From the NCBI GenBank assembly GCA_050953085.1, contig JBMNLX010000002.1:9866-73865 (forward strand): DNA of 64,000 nt, written 5' to 3'. The number at the start of each line of letters is the position of its first letter. Positions within the stretch are counted from its first letter, which is position 1. The translations under genes were made by a program, and so were the position numbers. This document shows, piece by piece, positions 1 to 8,525 of this stretch. Under the pieces are notes generated by a model. It searched no databases and was not told the DNA's origin. It saw only the letters and a program-made list of their open reading frames with translations. This DNA is from Bacilli bacterium. GTDB lineage: Bacteria; Bacillota_I; Bacilli_A; ML615J-28; CAG-698.

Positions 1-84
1 GGCGTCGATCAAGGTTTCGACGTTTCCGGTGAGGACGGCGTAGATTATGCAAAACAAAACGAGAAAAGCCCAGATTTTATTCAT
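1..84 (-). CDS. spmA: SpmA-like spore maturation / nucleoside-recognition membrane protein, first 28 codons only (runs off window)
   Basis: ATG at 84-82 overlaps the TGA of the upstream carboxypeptidase gene (ATGA). Translation MNKIWAFLVLFCIIYAVLTGNVETLIDA resembles SpmA N-termini. dacB-spmA order is known from Bacillus. Confidence 0.4.
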   Translation of the reverse strand, partial: MNKIWAFLVLFCIIYAVLTGNVETLIDA

Positions 85-1103
85 CAGTAGTACCTGTGGA
101 TATCAGTCTCAAATACCTTTTTACCGTCGAGATAGAGGGTAGCCTTGCCGATGACCATGCCGCTTGAAGGCTTCTTAAGCAAATAAATCACGAAAACGAA
201 TTTTTCCCCTTCCCGCGCCGGGTAGCGAACGTCTTCCGTGATCATCGGCGTCGCCGGGTAGAGGTAATCGTTCACCTTAACGATTTGGCGCCTGATGACG
301 GTCGCGATTTTATAATTATTAAAACCGTATTCCAGCAAGTTTTTATGAACCTGCCAGTCGTTCCCGCAATTAAACGTCACGACGATAATCTCCATCCCGT
401 CTTTCTTCGCGCTCGTCACGAGCGTTCGCTTGGCGCTCGTCGTGTACCCCGTCTTCCCGCCGGTGACATAGTCAAGCGATAGGATAAGCCGGTGCTTGTT
501 TACAAAATACATTGTCTTGCCTTCGCCCGTTTTCGCAACATATTTCTTCGCTCCGGCGATTTTCCGAAAAAGTTTGTTATTTAAAGCGTAAGCCATAAGG
601 AGCGCCATGTCGTAGGCCGTCGAGTAATTGGCCGAGTCCTCGTCAAGCCCGGAAGGGTTGGAAAAACTCGACGACTTCATCCCAATTTTTTTCGCCGTCT
701 CGTTCATTAAATAAATAAAGTCGTCATAGCCGCGCCCGACGTTCGCGGCGATTAAATAGGCGGCGTCGTTTCCGCTTCTTAGCATCAGTCCGTAAAGCAG
801 GTCAATGAGCCTCACGCGATCGCCGAGTTCAAGATAAAGGCTCGAGCCGGTCTGCCGCGTGGCCGCCTCATCAACAAGGCACCATTTCTCCAAATCACCG
901 TGCTCAATCGCGACTATCGCCGTCATAATCTTCGCGATCGAGGCTGTCAGGCACCGCTCGTCAATGTTTTTCCCGTATAACACCCTTTTTGAATCCTTCT
1001 CCAGCAAAATCGCGGAAGCCGCGTCGACGGAAACCTCCGCCCTCGCCCGGAGTGCGCCGTAACCGGCGAATACCAACAATATCGCGAGCAATATCTTTTT
1101 CAA
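84..1103 (-). CDS. dacB: D-alanyl-D-alanine carboxypeptidase (S11 peptidase, PBP5/DacB-like)
   Basis: Signal peptide, then SxxK (SIAKIMT), SGN and KTG (KTGYT) boxes in canonical order. Confidence 0.85.
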   Translation of the reverse strand: MKKILLAILLVFAGYGALRARAEVSVDAASAILLEKDSKRVLYGKNIDERCLTASIAKIMTAIVAIEHGDLEKWCLVDEAATRQTGSSLYLELGDRVRLIDLLYGLMLRSGNDAAYLIAANVGRGYDDFIYLMNETAKKIGMKSSSFSNPSGLDEDSANYSTAYDMALLMAYALNNKLFRKIAGAKKYVAKTGEGKTMYFVNKHRLILSLDYVTGGKTGYTTSAKRTLVTSAKKDGMEIIVVTFNCGNDWQVHKNLLEYGFNNYKIATVIRRQIVKVNDYLYPATPMITEDVRYPAREGEKFVFVIYLLKKPSSGMVIGKATLYLDGKKVFETDIHRYY

Positions 1104-1196
1104 ATTCCCTCACCGGGTAATTATATGAGAATATCCGCTTTTTTATTTTATAACCGCACTCTTTTCCCGTAAAAAAATTTTTCTTGAGCGTATCGC

Positions 1197-1243
1197 TTGC
1201 GTTATTTTTATTTTATTATATAATATTAGTAACTATTACTAAT
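1197..1243 (+). promoter_or_regulatory. promoter (TTGCGT-16-TATAAT) followed directly by an 8-3-8 palindrome, candidate Fur-family operator
   Basis: TATAAT at 1219-1224. ATTAGTAA-CTA-TTACTAAT at 1225-1243, between the -10 box and the RBS of the Fur-family gene. Confidence 0.5.
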
Positions 1244-1257
1244 AAGGAATGGTTACT

Positions 1258-1659
1258 ATGAAAAACAAACGCGAAACAATCCAAAAAACGATAATTCTCG
1301 AAAAAACCCGTCGGCTCGCCAATCACCCGACGGCCGAGGAAATCTACCGCGCCGTCCGGGCCGATTTTCCCCGCGTCAGCATGGGAACCGTCTATCGCAA
1401 CCTTAACCGGCTCGCGGGAGAAGGAAAGATTAAAAAAATCGAAATCCCGAACGCCGCCGACCGCTTCGACCACCAAACCCACTTTCACCATCATTTAAAA
1501 TGCGAGGAATGCGGCGGGGTATATGACGTCGAGATGAAAACCGGAGACTCGGTCCTTGAGAGCGTCATTAACCGGGACGACTTCGTTATCAAGAGTTATC
1601 AAATAATCTTTTACGGCGCATGCCAAAAATGCCATAAAAAACATAAGGAGGATATATAA
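1258..1659 (+). CDS. Fur family transcriptional regulator (PerR-like by context)
   Basis: HHHLKCEECG and CQKC metal-site motifs and an N-terminal wHTH. AAGGA lies 9 nt before ATG 1258 (ATG 1249 has no spacing to an SD). A peroxiredoxin gene follows 2 nt downstream. Confidence 0.8.
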   Translation: MKNKRETIQKTIILEKTRRLANHPTAEEIYRAVRADFPRVSMGTVYRNLNRLAGEGKIKKIEIPNAADRFDHQTHFHHHLKCEECGGVYDVEMKTGDSVLESVINRDDFVIKSYQIIFYGACQKCHKKHKEDI

Positions 1660-1660
1660 T

Positions 1661-2329
1661 ATGGAAAACGAAATTAGAATGCCTTTAATCGGAGACAAAG
1701 CTCCCGAGTTTGCGGCGAAAACAACCCAGGGAGACATTAATTTTCCCGCCGATTACAAAGGGAAATGGGTAATCTTCTTCTCCCACCCGGCCGACTTCAC
1801 GCCGGTCTGCACCACCGAGTTCATGACTTTCGCGCGGATGGCCGACGAATTCAAGGAACTCAACGCCGAGCTCGTCGGGCTCTCGGTTGATTCGCTTTAC
1901 GCCCACATCGCCTGGCTCAGGAAGATTAACGAGCTTGAATGGAAAGGAATGAAAAATCTTGAGGTACAGTTCCCGGTAATCGAGGACATCACGATGGAAG
2001 TTTCGAAAAAATACGGGATGATCCAACCGAAGCAGTCCAACACCCAAGCGGTCCGGGCCGTTTTCGTGATCGACCCGGAAGGGATTATCCGCGCGATCCT
2101 CTACTATCCGCTCACAACGGGAAGAAACTTCGACGAAATCAAAAGGCTCCTAATCGCCCTGCAAACGGCGGACAAAGAAAAATGCGCCACTCCCGCCGAT
2201 TGGCGGCCGGGCGAGGACGTGATCGTTCCCACCGCCGGGTCATGCGGCGCGGCGAAAGCAAGAATGGAGTCCCCGGGCGAGGACGCCTATTGTCTCGACT
2301 GGTTCCTGTGTTTCCGGAAACTCAAATAA
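1661..2329 (+). CDS. peroxiredoxin (AhpC/TSA family, Prx6-like)
   Basis: FFSHPADFTPVCTTE active-site motif. AAGGAGG RBS. Confidence 0.9.
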   Translation: MENEIRMPLIGDKAPEFAAKTTQGDINFPADYKGKWVIFFSHPADFTPVCTTEFMTFARMADEFKELNAELVGLSVDSLYAHIAWLRKINELEWKGMKNLEVQFPVIEDITMEVSKKYGMIQPKQSNTQAVRAVFVIDPEGIIRAILYYPLTTGRNFDEIKRLLIALQTADKEKCATPADWRPGEDVIVPTAGSCGAAKARMESPGEDAYCLDWFLCFRKLK

Positions 2330-2358
2330 AAACAAGCATTTTTCCTCGTCTCTCATAT

Positions 2359-2391
2359 AAAACCGAACCGGTTGTAGCGGTTCGGTTTTTT
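2359..2391 (+). terminator. intrinsic terminator after peroxiredoxin gene
   Basis: AAAACCGAACCG-gttgtag-CGGTTCGGTTTT followed by a T run. Confidence 0.8.
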
Positions 2392-2467
2392 ACAATCCGG
2401 ATGATAAAAATCGCCATCATTTCAAGTTAATGATGACGATTTGTCTGTAAAACGCGTTTATATTTTA

Positions 2468-2866
2468 TATCGCGGCATGCGCGCGGTCAAAGACGTCGCG
2501 GCAGACGACGATGAGTTTCCCGTTGCCGTAATGGAGTCCCGCGATCTCGCCGCCGGCCTAATACTCGCATACAAACTCGTGACCCGGGTAGGAAAGAATG
2601 ATGATTTTCTTCCCGGAAGCGAGAAACACGCGGCCGTCGGGGAGATCGAAAGCGATTGAACTAAAGGTATAAGGAATTTTCCGTTCCCGGCTCAGATCGC
2701 TGCGCGTATTCTCTTCAAACTCGTAGACATAACCGGCTTCTTTGTAAAGGTAAATGCCGTCGGCGGATATATAGTTTTCCGAGGTCGAGGAGGCGGAGGT
2801 CTTGATTGCGACCCGTATGCGGTCAGAATCAAGATCCCAAACGACAAACTTCCCTACTTCTTCCAA
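2468..2866 (-). pseudogene. gene remnant: open frame with in-frame TAG (2558-2560), no ATG and no RBS
   Basis: The 102-codon frame ends ...GHEFVCEY-TAG. It continues in the same frame for 30 more codons (AGGEIAGLHYGNGKLIVVCRDVFDRAHAAI-TAA). The only start is a TTG without an SD. Confidence 0.35.
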
Positions 2867-2982
2867 ATAGAGCCGGTTGAATGTTTTATTATAAAGAAAA
2901 TATTAGCAAACGCAGATACTTCATAATAACCCCCATTCGCTTCTTCTGATATAATATTACCATTATTAGCCTTTAAGTTTAA

Positions 2983-3008
2983 GAAAAAAATCCGCGTTTT
3001 ACGCGGAT
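2983..3008 (-). terminator. intrinsic terminator after ileS
   Basis: Minus strand ATCCGCG-taaaa-CGCGGAT followed by TTTTTTT, directly after the TAA at 3012-3010. Confidence 0.8.
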
Positions 3009-3009
3009 T

Positions 3010-6000
3010 TTACTTCATCTTCACGATTACTTCCATGCCGTCAATCGAGATCGCCTTTTCCAGTCGCGGCGACGCGATATCAGCGCGGACGGTCGCGAGC
3101 GTCTCGACGCCGAGTTGGGCGGAATAAGCGCCGAGAACCCGCTTCATGTTCTCGCTTTCGGTGAGAATCGCGAGCTCGATCCGGTCGGAAACATGAAAGC
3201 CCGCTTCCTTTCTCAGGACCTGGCATTGCCTTAAAAGCTCGCGGTAATAACCCTCGTCGATTAGTTCCGGGGTAAGTTCCGTCGCGAGGGCCACCAGGCG
3301 CTCGCCTTCCTCGAACCAGGCGTAGCCGGGCAGGTATTCGGACTCGACCTTAAAGATCTCGCCCGGTAAAACATATTCCCCGACCGCGATTTCCGCGCCC
3401 TCGTCATAACGCTTGACCGCTTCCGCCATCGCCGCGGGCTCAAGCCCCGCGAGCAAATCCTTAACGGCGTTGACCTTGTCCTTTAGGACCGGGCCCGCCT
3501 TCCGAAAATCAAGCGCTCAAATAACGGCGCTTAAGTTCTTCGCTTCCGGAAAGAAACTTGATTTCCTTAACGTTAATCTCGCTTTCGATCGTTCCGCGGT
3601 AAGACTCGACGACTTTCTCCTCATAGCCGGCCAGGTAAAGGGCGGAAAGCGGCTGCTTGATTTTAAGATTATTCTCGTTGCGCAGCTTGAGGGCGCCGGT
3701 AATCACTTCCCGCGCGACTTCCGTCTCCGAAAGGATTTCCTCGTCAACGCCGGCGGATTCCGGGAAACGGGTCAGGTGAACGGAATGCTCTTCATCCGGC
3801 TCGACGCGCAGGACGAGCGCCTGCCAAATCCACTCGGTCATGAAGGGGATGATCGGCGCCATAACTTGCGTCATCATTTTAATCGCCCGGTACAGAGCGT
3901 AGTACGCGGTGTATTTGTCCTCGTTCATTTCCGATTTCCAGAACCGCTTGCGGTTGATCCTGATATACCAGTTGGAAACGTCGTCGACGCATTTTTCAAA
4001 AAGTTTGATAATCTCCCACGGCTCGTAAGCCTCGTAAGCGGCCGTCGCCGCGGAAACAAACTTTCTCACCCGGGCCGATAGCCAACGGTCGGACTTGTCG
4101 GTTAATTCCGGTACCCGGTTTAATTCGGGTTTATCGATCTGGTAATAGAGGTCGAAAAAGACGACGATATTCCAGAAAGCGAGCAACCGGCGCTTCGCGT
4201 CGTCGCCCAGGGAGAACCCGAAGCGGACCTCGCTCGTGGCGGGGGTGGAAACGTAGATATAACGGGAGGCGTCGGCGCCGATTTTTTCCGCGGCTTCCTC
4301 GAACCTGATCATAACGCCGGTTTTCGAGAAACGCGACCCGTCTTCCGAAACCACAATCCCATGCGTCCCGACTTGCTCGTACGGCGGCTCGCCGATCAAC
4401 ACAGTCGACATAAAGAGGAGCGAATAAAACCACAGCCGAACCTGTTCGTGCATCTCGATCACGTACTCGGCGGGGAAATACTCGCGCCAATAATCGCGGT
4501 CCTCGAAATACTTCAGAGTCGAAAACGGCACGATCCCGGCGTCAAGCCAAACGTCGCCCACTTCCGCGATCCGCTCCACGGCCGCGCCGCATTTCTCGCA
4601 CTTAATCTTGACCTCGTCGATCCACGGCCGATGCAGTTCCTTAAGATTGTCGACGAGGCGCGGGTCGACGGCTTTTTCGCGCAGCTCCTCCTTGCTTCCG
4701 ATAACGGTCAGGTGACCGCAGGAGCAGGGATAAAACGGCAGCGGCAAGCCGTAGAAACGTTTCCGGGAAATATTCCAGTCCGACATATTGTTAAGCCAGT
4801 CTTCCATCCGCTTCCCCTGGTACGCGGGATACCATTTTACTTTCCTGGCGTTTTCGATCAGAAGCGGCCTCAGTTCGTCGACGGCGATCGCCCATTCCTT
4901 GCCGAGGCGGAAAAGGATTTCTTTTTTACAGCGCCAGCAGACGGGGTAACTATGCTTATAAGGGTGAACCAAAAAGAGTTTTCCCTGCTCGCGCAGGCGC
5001 TCGAAAACAAGCTCGCTTACTTCCTGGGCGTGCTTGCCGGCAAGAAAGCCGAAATCTTCGTAAAAGTAGCCGTTCTCGTCGATCGGCATGATGACCGTAA
5101 GGTCTTCCTTTAACCCCAGATCGTAGTCCTCGGCGCCGCACCCGGGGGCGATATGAACGACGCCCGAACCCTCGTCGGCGGAAACCTCGTCCCAGAGGAT
5201 GATTCGGTGGTCGACGCCCCGCTGGCGGGGAAGGTCGGGAAACATCGTCTCGTAACGCTTGCCGGCAAGATCCGCTCCCTTAAGCTCCGAAAGGATCTTC
5301 CCGCCGTCTTTATGAAACTTCTTGAAATATAACTCCTTAACCATAATAAGCGGCCGCGCTTCGCCGGGGACGGTTACCTTAAGATACGTGAGCTCGGGGC
5401 TTACCGCGAGCGCGGTATTGCTCGAAAGCGTCCAGGGCGTCGTCGTCCAGACAAGAATATCGGCGTCCTCGCCCTTAAGCGGGAGTTTAACGAAGACCGC
5501 CGCGTGCTCGAGTTCCTTGTAGGACCCTGCCATCTCATGATCGGATAGCGACGTCCCGCACCGCCCGCACCACGGCATCGGCCGGTACAACTGCTTCAGC
5601 CAGCCGCGCTCGTGACAACGCTTAAGCATCGCCCAGATGCTCGTGATATTGCCGTCATGATGGGTGTAATACGAGTTATCCCAATCCATCCATTGCCCGA
5701 GTCGCTTCGACTGCTCGGTAATGACGGCGGCGTATTTCTCCACGCGGGCGACGCAGGCCTCGGTGAACTTGTCCAGGCCAAATTCCTCGATATCCTTTTT
5801 CGAGGCAAAGCCGAGTTCTTTCTCGACCTCGACCTCGACCCATAGCCCTTGGCCGTCAAAACCGTTGCGGTAATGCGACGTGTAACCCCGCATCGCTTTA
5901 TAACGCAGGAATGTATCTTTTAAAGTCCGGCCCCAAACGTGATGCATCCCCATCGGGTTGTTGGCGGTAATCGGCCCGTCGATAAAACGGTACTTCTCGC

Positions 6001-6109
6001 CGGCCTTGTTCTTCTCAAGCAGTTTTTTGAACGATTGCGACTCGTCCCATAATTTGAGAACAGCCTTTTCGTTGCGCACGAAATCATATTCGGGATTGAT
6101 CTTAAACAT
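3010..6109 (-). CDS. ileS: isoleucine--tRNA ligase (long, type-2-like form), frame interrupted about codon 867 as assembled
   Basis: HIGH region (GMHHVWGR) and a KMSKS-like region (SRFSKTG). ATG 6109 is preceded by AAGGAGG. The N-terminal 866 codons end at TGA 3511-3509. The C-terminal 168 codons (ALDFRKAGPVLKDKVN...) continue in the +1 frame from 3516. Confidence 0.9.
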
Positions 6110-6126
6110 AAAAATTAACCTCCTTA

Positions 6127-6389
6127 TAAATGAAAAAACTTTTCCTATCATAAATAGAAAAAGCTTGTCAACCACTATTTACAACATACCGTCATATGCG
6201 TTCCCGGTAACGGGGGAAATCCGTTAATTCTTACTGTTAGTTCGGAATTACGACAATAGAACGATCTTCGCGCTAAACTACCGATACCGGGTTCGCACTA
6301 TCCCCGGCTCACTGGGATGCCTCGTTTAACGTTACTCTTTCTATTATGGTCTTTATTATTAAGCGTTATAGGTCTAGAATGCTTTATTT
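6127..6389 (-). promoter_or_regulatory. T-box-like leader with ATC (Ile) specifier candidate and terminator
   Basis: Minus strand shows a GAGTA box. CAGTGAGCCGGGG...ATAGTGCGAACCCGG resembles the Stem I AG bulge and distal loop. ATC-G at 6285-6282 sits on the 3' side. AAATAG-TGGT (6174-6171) lies next to the hairpin CTTTTTC-11nt-GGAAAAG plus TTTTTT (6132-6164). Confidence 0.5.
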
Positions 6390-6395
6390 ATTAGT

Positions 6396-6424
6396 ATTGT
6401 ATGATATTTTGCCTTGGATGTCAA
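6396..6424 (-). promoter_or_regulatory. sigma-A type promoter of the ileS leader
   Basis: Minus strand TTGACA (6424-6419), 17 nt, TACAAT (6401-6396). Confidence 0.7.
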
Positions 6425-6443
6425 CCTTTTTTTCTTCCGAACG

Positions 6444-7559
6444 CTAGTCGCGCAAAATATCAAGCTGTTCCCGGTAGACGTATAAGCGGCTGCGCGCGCA
6501 GAACCCCGCGGTCTCAAGAATTCCCATCTCCGCGAGCAGTTTCGCGTTCCGGGCCGCGGCCGGAAACGACTTGTTTTGAATCTCGCTTAAGCGGTTGACC
6601 GTCGTGACCGGGTTAAACACCATGTATTCGAGCGCCGAGATGAGGTTGTTTTTGATTGTGTTCGAATGGGGCGTCTCGAGAATACGGCGATGGTTACGCT
6701 TCAGCAGCGTGAGGGAAAAATCGATAATATTGCGCATGTGGTTGCTGGTCGCGGTGATCGCCTTCAAATAATATTCGACCCAGCCCTGAAAATGCCCGTG
6801 GCTGCGGACCGCGGTCAAGGCGTCGTAATATTCGCTCAAGTTCGCGGCGAAATAATTCGACATATAAAAGCAATGCGGGCCGCAGGGGTTAGAGCGTTTT
6901 AAATAAAGCATATTGAAAAGGCGGGCCAGGCGGTCGTTCCCGTCATGGAAGGGATGAATCGTCGTCAGCTGATAGTGCACGAGCGCCGCCTTAATCAAAT
7001 AATTGGTGTTCGCCGTCCGGTTGATATATTCCTCGAGGGCGTTCATCGAGGACTCGAGTTCCTCGTCAAAGGGCGGGTTATAACGGTTATGGCGGTAATA
7101 CGTGTAGATCATCATCCTACCGATCCGGTAATGTCCCGGACGGGCGTTTTTGTCGTTAACGATCCGGCGGTGAAGATTTTTCAAAAAATCGTTGTTAAGT
7201 TTTCCCGTCTCCTCGGCCGCCGCTTTCGCGACTTGATAAAAACGATACCCGACGTCGGCCGCGCTGCCGAGATCCGCGGTATAGAAATTCTCAAGCGTCA
7301 AGTTGTTCCCGCTGATCAAAAGGCTCGCGAGCGTCTCTTTTTTCAGGCAATAATCGTAAAAATATTCGCGCAGGTAGGGGTCGGTTCCCTGATAGGCGTA
7401 GTGCAGGCGGGTAATCGCTTCGTTTGCTTCCATCAAAAGAGTCAAAACGTCGATATCAAAAACGATTTTCTTTTCAATTTCCTGAAGCGGCAGCGGAACA
7501 AAAACGTCGTGCAGCAGCTTGCCTTTGCTATTCACCAACATGCGTGGATTGATGTTCAT
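6444..7559 (-). CDS. Fic family protein (Fic_N plus Fic core plus C-terminal wHTH-like region)
   Basis: HPFHDGNDRLAR at residues 202-213 (compare HxFx[DE]GNGRxxR). N-terminal region matches the Fic_N pattern. Confidence 0.8.
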   Translation of the reverse strand: MNINPRMLVNSKGKLLHDVFVPLPLQEIEKKIVFDIDVLTLLMEANEAITRLHYAYQGTDPYLREYFYDYCLKKETLASLLISGNNLTLENFYTADLGSAADVGYRFYQVAKAAAEETGKLNNDFLKNLHRRIVNDKNARPGHYRIGRMMIYTYYRHNRYNPPFDEELESSMNALEEYINRTANTNYLIKAALVHYQLTTIHPFHDGNDRLARLFNMLYLKRSNPCGPHCFYMSNYFAANLSEYYDALTAVRSHGHFQGWVEYYLKAITATSNHMRNIIDFSLTLLKRNHRRILETPHSNTIKNNLISALEYMVFNPVTTVNRLSEIQNKSFPAAARNAKLLAEMGILETAGFCARSRLYVYREQLDILRD

Positions 7560-7571
7560 TGGACAACTCCT

Positions 7572-8525
7572 TCATGTCGCCATTTTATCGTTATTTGCGT
7601 CCTCCCCCCCAAAAAATATATCTACCTCTTCCTTTGCTTTTCTCACGGTCTTTTCGAAATCGTCGTAATCGGGCGCGATAAAAACAGCTTCGGTCTGATT
7701 CCGGAACCAAGTCAACTGGCGCTTGGCGTAGCGGCGGGTTTTCGTCTTGATTACCGTCTTCGCTTCTTCCAAAGACAAGGCGCCCGCAAGAAATGACGCG
7801 ATTTCCCGGTAGCCGATCTCTTTTATCTTGGCGATATTAACGCCGCGCGCGATCAGGCCACGGACTTCCTCGACCCACCCTCCCGCAAACATTTCCTCGA
7901 CGCGCTCGTCTATGCGGGCGTAGAGAGTTTCGCGGTCGCCGCGAAGGCATAGAATCAAACTGCGGTAAAGAAGGTTTCGGCCGGCGCGGTTCTCGCTCAC
8001 CTTCTTGCCGGCCCGAGCCGCCTCAATCGCCCTTAAGACGCGCCGGCGGTTATTGGGATGGATTGTCTCCGCCGCCTTGGGGTCTTCCCGTTTAAGAATA
8101 TTATGCAGTTCCTCGTTACCGACGTCGTCAAATTGCCGGTCGAAAGACGGGTCGCGCCCCGGGATCGACAAATCGTAATCGCCGAGCGCGGCGTTGATAT
8201 ATAAACCCGACCCGCCGACAAGAAACGGCGTTCGCCCCCGGGAGGCGATATCCTCGATTAAAGGACGGGCGAGCGCCTGGTAATCGCGAATCGAAAAATC
8301 GTCGTCAGGACCGATAATATCGAAAAGATGATGCTTAACCGCGCTTTCCCGCCAAGCGGTCTTCGCTGTGCCGATATCGAGCCCGCGGCGGATTTGCGAG
8401 GCGTCGGCGTTAATGATCTCGCCGTCGTACAGGGAAGCAAGCGAAAGCGAGAGCGTCGTTTTCCCGCTTCCGGTCGGGCCGGCGATAACGACGACCGCCG
8501 GTTTCATAAGATCCGCCGGAACCAT
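7572..8525 (-). CDS. miaA: tRNA dimethylallyltransferase
   Basis: P-loop GPTGSGKT near the N-terminus and MiaA-like length. An alternative start, ATG 8507, overlaps the mutL TGA (ATGA). Confidence 0.85.
   Translation of the reverse strand: MVPADLMKPAVVVIAGPTGSGKTTLSLSLASLYDGEIINADASQIRRGLDIGTAKTAWRESAVKHHLFDIIGPDDDFSIRDYQALARPLIEDIASRGRTPFLVGGSGLYINAALGDYDLSIPGRDPSFDRQFDDVGNEELHNILKREDPKAAETIHPNNRRRVLRAIEAARAGKKVSENRAGRNLLYRSLILCLRGDRETLYARIDERVEEMFAGGWVEEVRGLIARGVNIAKIKEIGYREIASFLAGALSLEEAKTVIKTKTRRYAKRQLTWFRNQTEAVFIAPDYDDFEKTVRKAKEEVDIFFGGEDANNDKMAT

Noticed and set aside
3506-3519. TGA codons in the middle of ileS as evidence for an alternative genetic code (TGA read as Trp or Gly)
   Set aside because: The N- and C-terminal IleRS parts are in different frames, so reading through either TGA does not join them. 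All other long genes in the window terminate normally at TGA, TAA or TAG and show no internal TGA.
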